In this document: one piece after another, positions 8,490-15,084 of the stretch
How the letters are laid out: the number at the start of each line of letters is the position of its first letter
Position numbering within the stretch: the stretch's first letter is position 1
DNA from: Rhodospirillales bacterium
Lineage (GTDB): Bacteria > Pseudomonadota > Alphaproteobacteria > Reyranellales > Reyranellaceae
Length of the DNA stretch: 32,000 bases
NCBI GenBank assembly: GCA_016185145.1
Contig: JACPOB010000091.1
Span: forward strand, 15,788-47,787
Reading direction: 5' to 3'
The notes under the pieces: generated by a model
The model's input: only the letters and a program-made list of their open reading frames with translations
What the model was told of the DNA's origin: nothing
Database searches by the model: none
Position numbers and translations under genes: made by a program

Positions 8490-8557
8490 TTCCATTCCAG
8501 GCTTGTCTTCCGCGCGAGCGCAAACAAGCGGCGAAGCGCGTGAGGGAGGATGGCACC

Positions 8558-9526
8558 ATGCGAGCCCGTCCGTCGGTGTACGAGGAACTGCGAAACCAGG
8601 GCGTGTCGCGACGCGGCTTCCTGAAGTTCTGCGGCTACATGAGTTCGGTGTTGGCGTTGCCGGCGGGCAGCACCGAGGCGATCGCGCAAGCGCTTACTTC
8701 CAAGCCGCGTCCGAGCGTGATTTGGCTGTCGGTGCAAGAATGCACGGGCTGCAGCGAGTCTCTGCTTCGTTCGTTCGAGCCAACGCTCGAGAGCCTCATT
8801 CTCGATTCCATTTCGTTGGACTACCATCATGTGTTGCAAGCCGCCGCCGGCGAAGCCGCCGAAGCGGCTCGCGACCAGGCAATCGAGCAGAACTGGGGCA
8901 AGTACTTTCTGATCGTCGACGGCTCGATTCCGGGCAAGGACGCAGGCGCACGCTCGACCACCGGCGGCAAGGCCGGGCTTGCGCTGGTGCGCAATGCAGC
9001 CCAAGGAGCGGCGGTGATTGCGGCCGTGGGCACGTGCGCGACTTTTGGCGGCATCGGAGCCGCGGCGCCCAATCCGTCGGGAGCCTTCGGCGCCGCGGAC
9101 GCACTCGGCGACCTGGTCGCCGCCGGCAAGGTGAAAGCGCCGATCGTCAACGTTCCCGGCTGTCCGCCGGTACCCGAGGTGATCACTGGCCTCGTTACCT
9201 ACTACCTGACCTATGGGTCGATTCCTGCTCTCGACGATCTGCGGCGGCCCAAGGTCTTCTTCGGGAAGACCGTCCATGACGACTGCCCGCGGTTGCCGTT
9301 TTTCGAGCGTCAGCAGTTCGCCCGCAGCTTCGACGACGAAGGCGCGCGCAAGGGATGGTGCCTCAAGGAGCTTGGTTGCAAGGGCCCCCTCACCTTCAAC
9401 GCCTGCACCACCGTCAAGTGGAACCAAGGCAGCAGTTTTCCGATGTATTCCGGGCATGGCTGCCTGAGCTGCGCCCAGCCGAATTTCTGGGATCGGCCCG
9501 GCGGCTTTTACACCAAGCCGTTCTGA
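8558..9526 (+). CDS. hupS: [NiFe]-hydrogenase small subunit, Tat signal, no C-terminal membrane anchor
   Basis: Tat motif SRRGFLKF. Proximal cluster motifs ECTGCSES, GTCATFGG and PGCPP. Distal and medial cluster region HDDCPR...WCLKELGCKGP...NACTTVKWN...GHGCLSC. The protein ends about 17 aa after the last Cys (FYTKPF*). I place the start at the ATG at 8558, with RBS GGGAGGA 7 nt upstream; the track GTG is at 8540. Confidence 0.9.
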   Translation: MRARPSVYEELRNQGVSRRGFLKFCGYMSSVLALPAGSTEAIAQALTSKPRPSVIWLSVQECTGCSESLLRSFEPTLESLILDSISLDYHHVLQAAAGEAAEAARDQAIEQNWGKYFLIVDGSIPGKDAGARSTTGGKAGLALVRNAAQGAAVIAAVGTCATFGGIGAAAPNPSGAFGAADALGDLVAAGKVKAPIVNVPGCPPVPEVITGLVTYYLTYGSIPALDDLRRPKVFFGKTVHDDCPRLPFFERQQFARSFDDEGARKGWCLKELGCKGPLTFNACTTVKWNQGSSFPMYSGHGCLSCAQPNFWDRPGGFYTKPF

Positions 9527-9565
9527 AGAAACGAGAGGCCGGCCTTCTGACGGGGAGAACGTTCG

Positions 9566-11290
9566 ATGGCGCGAGTTGTTGTTGATCCGGTAACCCGCAT
9601 CGAGGGGCATCTCCGGATCGAAGCGGAAACCGACGCCAAAGGCGTCATCACCCGTGCCTCGAGCTCGGGGACCATGATGCGCGGCATTGAGCTCATCCTG
9701 AACGGACGCGACCCGCGTGATGCCTGGGCATTCACGCAGCGGTTCTGTGGGGTCTGCACGGTGGTCCACAGCATCGCGTCGGTGCGCGCGGTCGAGTTTG
9801 CGCTGGGCTACGAGATACCGCCGAACGCCCAGCTCATCCGCAACATCATGATCGCGACCCAGTTTGTCCACGATCACGTCGTGCACTTCTACCATCTTCA
9901 CGCACTCGACTGGGTCGACGTCATCTCGGCGGCCGGCGCCGATCCGGCCGCCACCTCGCGGCTCCAGCGCTCGCTCAGTCCTTGGCCCAACAACAGCGCC
10001 GACTACTTTTTGACCGTCCGTGAGCGGCTGCGGCGTTTCATTGACGGCGGTCAGCTTGGCATCTTCACCAACGGCTATTGGGGCCATCCCGAGTACAAGT
10101 TGCCGCCGGAGGTCAATCTCCTCGCATTCGCGCACTACCTCGAGGCACTGTCCTGGCAGCGGGAAGTCGTCAAGATCCATGCCATCTTCGGCGGCCGCAA
10201 TCCGCATCCCAACTTCGTGGTAGGGGGCGCTCCCTGCGCAATCAGCGAAGGCGAGCGCGTCACGGCGGTGTCGGCCGCGACCCTCAAGCAGGTGGGCGAC
10301 ATCATCGACAAGATGCGCGACTTCGTCGACCACGTCTACCTGCCCGACACCCTGGCCATCGCCAGCTACTACAAGGACTGGAGCCTGCGGGGCGAGGGCA
10401 TCGGAAACTTCCTGTGCTACGGTGATCTTCCACGCGGGACCGATACCTTCAACACATCCACTCTGCTCTTTCCCCGTGGCGCCATACTCGATCGCGACTT
10501 GTCCAAGGTGCTGCCCGTCGATCTCGAAGATCCGGCGCAGGTCCAGGAGTTCGTGAGCCATTCCTGGTACGATTACTCGGTGGGCAAGCATGCCCCACTC
10601 CACCCGTACGATGGCGAGACGCGGCCGAACTACACCGGTCCACAGCCTCCCTATCAACATCTCGACGTCGATCGCTCCTACTCCTGGATCAAGTCGCCGC
10701 GTTGGCGCGGCAAGCCCATGGAAGTGGGCCCGCTGGCCCGCATGTTGGTGCTCTATGCGACCGGCGACCGCAAAGCCCGGGAGCTGGTCGACAGCAGTCT
10801 GAAAACGTTGGATCTGCCGATCCAAGGTCTCTACTCCACGCTCGGCCGGGTCGCTGCGCGAACCCTCGAAACCAAGATACTGGCCGACGCGCTGGCCGAC
10901 ATGCATCGGTCCTTGCTGCGCAACATCGCGGCCGGTGATCGGTCGACGTTCAACGACAGCCTTTTCGATCCATCGACCTGGCCGGCTCAAGCCCGCGGGG
11001 CAGGGTTCATGGAGGCGCCCCGCGGTGCGCTGGCCCACTGGGTCACAATCGAGAAGGGCAAGATCACGAACTATCAAGCCGTCGTTCCCAGCACCTGGAA
11101 CGCGGGTCCTCGCGACGCGCAAGGGCAGGATGGACCTTACGAGGCCGCACTAACAGGGCATCGGCTCGCCGATCCGGCCCGCCCGTTGGAGATCTTGCGG
11201 ACCATACACAGCTTCGACCCTTGCCTGGCTTGTGCCGTTCATGTCGTCGATCCCAACGGCCGCGAGCTTGTCGAGGTCAAGGTTCTGTAA
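9566..11290 (+). CDS. hupL: [NiFe]-hydrogenase large subunit (group 1-like)
   Basis: N-terminal VVDPVTRIEGH and RFCGVCTVVH. C-terminal DPCLACAVH followed by a 15-aa extension (VVDPNGRELVEVKVL) of the kind removed by the maturation protease. Confidence 0.92.
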   Translation: MARVVVDPVTRIEGHLRIEAETDAKGVITRASSSGTMMRGIELILNGRDPRDAWAFTQRFCGVCTVVHSIASVRAVEFALGYEIPPNAQLIRNIMIATQFVHDHVVHFYHLHALDWVDVISAAGADPAATSRLQRSLSPWPNNSADYFLTVRERLRRFIDGGQLGIFTNGYWGHPEYKLPPEVNLLAFAHYLEALSWQREVVKIHAIFGGRNPHPNFVVGGAPCAISEGERVTAVSAATLKQVGDIIDKMRDFVDHVYLPDTLAIASYYKDWSLRGEGIGNFLCYGDLPRGTDTFNTSTLLFPRGAILDRDLSKVLPVDLEDPAQVQEFVSHSWYDYSVGKHAPLHPYDGETRPNYTGPQPPYQHLDVDRSYSWIKSPRWRGKPMEVGPLARMLVLYATGDRKARELVDSSLKTLDLPIQGLYSTLGRVAARTLETKILADALADMHRSLLRNIAAGDRSTFNDSLFDPSTWPAQARGAGFMEAPRGALAHWVTIEKGKITNYQAVVPSTWNAGPRDAQGQDGPYEAALTGHRLADPARPLEILRTIHSFDPCLACAVHVVDPNGRELVEVKVL

Positions 11291-11338
11291 AACGGATGAG
11301 CTCTCATGGCAGGCGAATCGGTTGTGTGGAACGAGAAA

Positions 11339-12100
11339 ATGTCTAATCGCAAGATTGCCGTTAAACGTGCCGCAGGGATGGCCTTGATCGGGGCGTTGGC
11401 AATTCCCGGCAGCGTGTCGACGCTGGCAAGGCCGACGCCGGGCTACGGTGATCTGATCGACCAGTACTGCATTTCGCAGGGGCGCCTGCGTGTGGCGGCT
11501 CATCAATCGCACTGTGCGATGTGCCATCAGACGGGAACATTCGACAGTCTGCCGGCTCATCGTGTTCAGCCCAATTGGACGGAGTTTGAAAACGCCAAGG
11601 CGACCGGCGACTTCAGCTTCTTCTGTCCCGGTGGAGGTGGGGCGGCGTTCCCCTCACTGCCTTCCGGCGGAACGGGGATCCAGCGGCCCGCAACGGGGGC
11701 TGGAGCGTCGCCGCATGCGATGCCGATGCCTCCGGCGAACGCGCCCCAGCCTCCTTCTGTGGCCGATCGGCAACCCGCGGTCGCCGCGGAAGTCGAAGAC
11801 CGCCTGAAGCGCTTTCGCGACGAGGTCGGGATCGGCCAGCCTGAGCCGGCGGCCTGGACCGCCTTTGCCGAGGCCGTGCGCGCTGCCGCAGCGGCCGACC
11901 GCCGCGCGTTCGCGGATCAGACATCGCGTGAGGCGCCAGATGCGCTCAGCCTCGCACGCCAGCAGGAGCGGCGCCTGTCGGCACGGATCGGCGCGCTGCG
12001 CTATGTTGCGACGGCCTTCACTCGCCTTCTGCCGGAATTGAACGATCAGCAGCGCAAGATCGCCAACGAGCGCTTTGCCCTGATTCTAGAGGTCCTCTAA
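11339..12100 (+). CDS. exported fusion protein: N-terminal CxxCH (haem-c motif) domain + Pro/Ala/Gly linker + C-terminal Spy/CpxP-like domain
   Basis: Signal peptide MSNRKIAVKRAAGMALIGALAIPGSVSTLA. Single CAMCH motif plus two further Cys (DQYC, FFCPGG). Linker contains HAMPMPP. The C-terminus is paralogous to the 7663..8382 protein (AWTAFAEAVRAAAAA...ERRLSARIGALRYVATAFTRLLPELNDQQRKIANE). An alternative upstream ATG is at 11306. Confidence 0.7.
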   Translation: MSNRKIAVKRAAGMALIGALAIPGSVSTLARPTPGYGDLIDQYCISQGRLRVAAHQSHCAMCHQTGTFDSLPAHRVQPNWTEFENAKATGDFSFFCPGGGGAAFPSLPSGGTGIQRPATGAGASPHAMPMPPANAPQPPSVADRQPAVAAEVEDRLKRFRDEVGIGQPEPAAWTAFAEAVRAAAAADRRAFADQTSREAPDALSLARQQERRLSARIGALRYVATAFTRLLPELNDQQRKIANERFALILEVL

Positions 12101-12114
12101 GGAAGGAGGATGTC

Positions 12115-12339
12115 GTGTGTCTCGCCGTTCCGATGCGAATCGATTCGATTGACCGATTTGTGGCGCAGTGTTCGGTCCGCGGGGTGTCGCGCGACGTCAG
12201 TCTTTTCATGCTGGAGGAGGGTTCGGTCTCGGTCGGCGACTATGTGCTTGTCCACGTGGGCTACGCCATCCAGGTGATCAGCGCTGCCGAGGCGGCGGCG
12301 ACGTGGGAAATCTTCGACGAAGCTCTTTCGACAGCGTAA
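12115..12339 (+). CDS. hypC: hydrogenase maturation chaperone HypC/HupF family
   Basis: Begins (GTG)MCLAVPMRI, the essential N-terminal Cys motif. 74 aa. RBS GGAAGGAGGA lies directly upstream. Confidence 0.9.
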   Translation: MCLAVPMRIDSIDRFVAQCSVRGVSRDVSLFMLEEGSVSVGDYVLVHVGYAIQVISAAEAAATWEIFDEALSTA

Positions 12340-12348
12340 GGGGGCGTC

Positions 12349-12714
12349 GTGCACGAACTTTCCATTTGCCAGGCTCTTCTCGACGAGGTGTCGCGAGTTG
12401 CTCGACAGCATGGGGCCGAGCGCGTCCTGTCCGTGACCGTCCGAGTAGGCCCCTTGTCTGGCGTCGACTCCGGCTTATTGACGCGAGCATTCAAGGTCGC
12501 GCGCCAGGGCACGGTGGCCAGCGGCGCGCGCCTGTGCATCGACAGGGCTGCCGTGATGCTCGAATGCCGGCAGTGCGGTCGATGCACGACTGGTCGAACC
12601 GGTCGCTTCCGATGCGGCTTCTGCGGCGCGCGCGACGTCGATGTCACCGCGGGCGAGGAGCTGGTTCTTCAGACCCTGGAGCTGGAAACGACGGAGGAAA
12701 GCCATGTGCAATGA
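12349..12714 (+). CDS. hypA: hydrogenase nickel insertion protein HypA
   Basis: N-terminal MHE motif (GTG start) and a zinc site CRQCG...CGFCG. 121 aa. Confidence 0.9.
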   Translation: MHELSICQALLDEVSRVARQHGAERVLSVTVRVGPLSGVDSGLLTRAFKVARQGTVASGARLCIDRAAVMLECRQCGRCTTGRTGRFRCGFCGARDVDVTAGEELVLQTLELETTEESHVQ

Positions 12715-13468
12715 TTGTGGCTGTGCGGTGCCGGACTCGGCGAAACATCACGATAGAATACGTACGCACACCGCGTCGGTCGCAGTGCTGAAGGACCTTC
12801 TTGCCGAGAACGACCGAACGGCCCGGCACAACCAGGTGCACTTCGACGCGGCGGGCGTCTTCGCGATCAACCTGATGTCGGCCCCAGGGTCCGGCAAGAC
12901 AGCGCTCCTCGAGGCAACGATCGAAGCTTTGAAAGGGAAGCGACGGGTGGCGGTCATCGAAGGTGATCTTGCTACCGAGAACGATGCCGAGCGGATTCGA
13001 CGGCATGGCGTCCCCGCGGTCCAGATCACAACGGGAACGGCCTGCCATCTCGACGCGCACATGATCCACGAGGTCTTGCACGACATGCCGCTTCAGGATC
13101 TCGACATCCTGTTCATCGAGAACGTGGGCAACCTGGTGTGCCCCGCATCGTTCGATCTCGGGCAACACCGAAATGTGACCCTGCTGTCGGTCCCCGAAGG
13201 CGACGACAAGCCGGCCAAGTACCCGGTAATGTTCAGGGGCAGCGACGCCATCCTCGTCAGCAAGACCGACCTTCTGCCCCACTTCGACGATTTTCGGCTC
13301 GAACGGGCGCAGGCGGCGGTGCGGAGCATCGCCTGCGATTCGCCCATTATCAGCGTCTCCGTACGCACCAGCAACGGCCTCCGCCATTGGATCGACTGGC
13401 TGGACCGACAACTGGCCCAGTATCGAGGTGGCGAGCGGCCGGCCGTCGCCGTGGAAGCGGCCTCATGA
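12704..13468 (+). CDS. hypB: hydrogenase nickel incorporation GTPase HypB
   Basis: Starts MCNDCGC (high-affinity Ni motif). P-loop GSGKT, then ENVGNLVCP. No poly-His tract. The start at 12704 overlaps the hypA end by 11 nt. The track ORF begins earlier at 12641. Confidence 0.9.
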   Translation: MCNDCGCAVPDSAKHHDRIRTHTASVAVLKDLLAENDRTARHNQVHFDAAGVFAINLMSAPGSGKTALLEATIEALKGKRRVAVIEGDLATENDAERIRRHGVPAVQITTGTACHLDAHMIHEVLHDMPLQDLDILFIENVGNLVCPASFDLGQHRNVTLLSVPEGDDKPAKYPVMFRGSDAILVSKTDLLPHFDDFRLERAQAAVRSIACDSPIISVSVRTSNGLRHWIDWLDRQLAQYRGGERPAVAVEAAS

Positions 13469-14592
13469 GGGGCTCAGCCAAGGCGTGGCTGGAGCGCATT
13501 CGTGGACTGCCCTTGGAGCGACCGCTCAGCATTCTCAACGTCTGCGGCGGGCACGAGCGGACGCTGGCGCAGGCCGGCCTGCGGGCCGCTCTGCCCGAGA
13601 CAATTCGGATCATTCCGGGCCCCGGTTGTCCGGTTTGCGTCTGTCCGGAGGAAGACGTCTACGAGGCGATTCGCTTGGCACTGGAGGACAACACCATCCT
13701 CGTGGCCTTCGGTGACATGTTGCGCGTGCCTGTCAACGTCGCCAAGGGGGAGGTTCGCTCCCTCAGCGAAGCGCGTGCCAAGGGCGCCGACGTGCGGCCG
13801 ATTGCAAGCCCGCGTGAGGCGGTAGCCATTGCCCAAACTTACCCGACCAAGCGTACCGTCTTCTTTGCGGCCGGCTTCGAAACTACGATGGCCCCCGTGG
13901 CGTCCATGCTCTGCGAAGGGGTGCCGGAGAACCTGCTCTTGCTTTTGTCGGGGCGGCTCACCTGGCCGGCGGTCGACATGTTGCTGGCGTCGGAAGCGCC
14001 CGGGTTCGAGGCTTTGATCGCGCCCGGCCACGTGGCGACCGTCATGGGGCCTGAGGAGTGGTCTTTCGTGGCCGACCAGTACGGCATGCCGGCGGCCGTG
14101 GCGGGCTTCACGGCGGAGAGCCTGTTGGCCGCCATCCACTCTGTGCTGACGCAACTTCTTGCCGGCACCGCGGTCTTGGAGAATTGCTATCCAGCCAGCG
14201 TCCGCCGGGGTGGCAATCGGATCGCCAAGCAGTACCTGTCGCGCGCCATGCGAGTCGTCGACGCAAACTGGCGCGCCATCGGCACGATTGCCCGTTCCGG
14301 CTTTGCCCTTGTCGAGGCTTTCGCAAGCCACGACGCACGTAGCCTGTTGGCGCTGTCGGAGACCGCGCAGCGTCGGCGGGCGGGAGAGATGCCGCCCGGC
14401 TGCGATTGCGCCCGCGTCGTGCTGGGCAAGGTTCTGCCGACGGACTGCAAGCTCTATGGTAAAGCCTGCACTCCTCGAAGCCCCATCGGACCGTGCATGG
14501 TGTCGGATGAGGGTGCCTGTCACATCTGGTGGACGTCGGGCATTCGAGACTCTCGAAGTGGCCGTCAGGGACGTCCCACTTACGCGGCTTGA
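13465..14592 (+). CDS. hypD: hydrogenase maturation protein HypD
   Basis: Motifs CGGHE, GPGCPVCVCP, GFETT and PGHV. ATGA overlap with the hypB stop. The track ORF (13138) has a spurious Arg-rich 5' extension. Confidence 0.9.
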   Translation: MRGSAKAWLERIRGLPLERPLSILNVCGGHERTLAQAGLRAALPETIRIIPGPGCPVCVCPEEDVYEAIRLALEDNTILVAFGDMLRVPVNVAKGEVRSLSEARAKGADVRPIASPREAVAIAQTYPTKRTVFFAAGFETTMAPVASMLCEGVPENLLLLLSGRLTWPAVDMLLASEAPGFEALIAPGHVATVMGPEEWSFVADQYGMPAAVAGFTAESLLAAIHSVLTQLLAGTAVLENCYPASVRRGGNRIAKQYLSRAMRVVDANWRAIGTIARSGFALVEAFASHDARSLLALSETAQRRRAGEMPPGCDCARVVLGKVLPTDCKLYGKACTPRSPIGPCMVSDEGACHIWWTSGIRDSRSGRQGRPTYAA

Positions 14593-14598
14593 AGGGCA

Positions 14599-15084
14599 AT
14601 GCCAGCCCCGCCACTCACGCTCGTTCTAGGGTATGGCAACTCGTCGTATGCCGACGATGGCCTCGGAACGAATGCCATTGCCTATCTGAAGGCGCAGGAG
14701 TCGGCGGCAGACCTGCCTGCTGATCTGTTGCTGCTCGACGGCGGAACGGCCGTTTTCGAGCTGGTGGATCATATAGAGCGGTGCGACCGTCTGGTCGTGA
14801 TCGATGCGGCAGAGATGGCCGCAGCGCCGGGCACGGTGCGCTGCTTTGTCGGTGTCGATATGGACCGGCAGCTCGGGCAAGCACGGCGCACGGCGCATGA
14901 GGTTGCGTTACGTGATGTCTTGGACATCGCCCGACTCGAGGAAAGGTTACCTGGGCGGCGAGCACTCATCGGCGTGCAACCCAAGAGCCTCGACTTCAAG
15001 GTTGGGTTGTCGACGGAAGTGGAGCGATCGCTGCCGATTGTTCGCGAGCGGCTCCTTCACGTGATTTTCCATGAATGGAAGTAG
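14599..15084 (+). CDS. hupD: hydrogenase maturation endopeptidase (HupD/HyaD/HybD family)
   Basis: LVLGYGNSSYADDGLG motif, the conserved Asp/His pattern, 161 aa. It matches the cleavable C-terminal extension on the large subunit. Confidence 0.85.
   Translation: MPAPPLTLVLGYGNSSYADDGLGTNAIAYLKAQESAADLPADLLLLDGGTAVFELVDHIERCDRLVVIDAAEMAAAPGTVRCFVGVDMDRQLGQARRTAHEVALRDVLDIARLEERLPGRRALIGVQPKSLDFKVGLSTEVERSLPIVRERLLHVIFHEWK

Noticed and set aside
8501-8529. GCTTGT...ACAAGC inverted repeat, and a TGGCAC near 8551, considered as a NifA UAS or sigma-54 promoter for hupS
   Set aside because: The spacing is TGT-N17-ACA, not the TGT-N10-ACA of NifA sites. The TGGCAC lies across the start codon and lacks a properly spaced TTGC. 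No sigma-54 promoter can be supported.
8390-11122. 910-aa ORF on the minus strand, the longest ORF in the window
   Set aside because: It is exactly antisense to hupS and hupL, whose products carry unambiguous hydrogenase motifs. Its translation is Arg/Gly/Ala-rich with no motifs. This is a typical shadow ORF of a high-GC genome.
13474-14523. 349-aa minus-strand ORF, with similar antisense ORFs at 1956..2705, 2745..3458, 12644..13411 and 17069..17779
   Set aside because: All of these overlap confidently assigned genes (hypD, ohyA, hypB, hypF/hypE) on the opposite strand and have no motifs.
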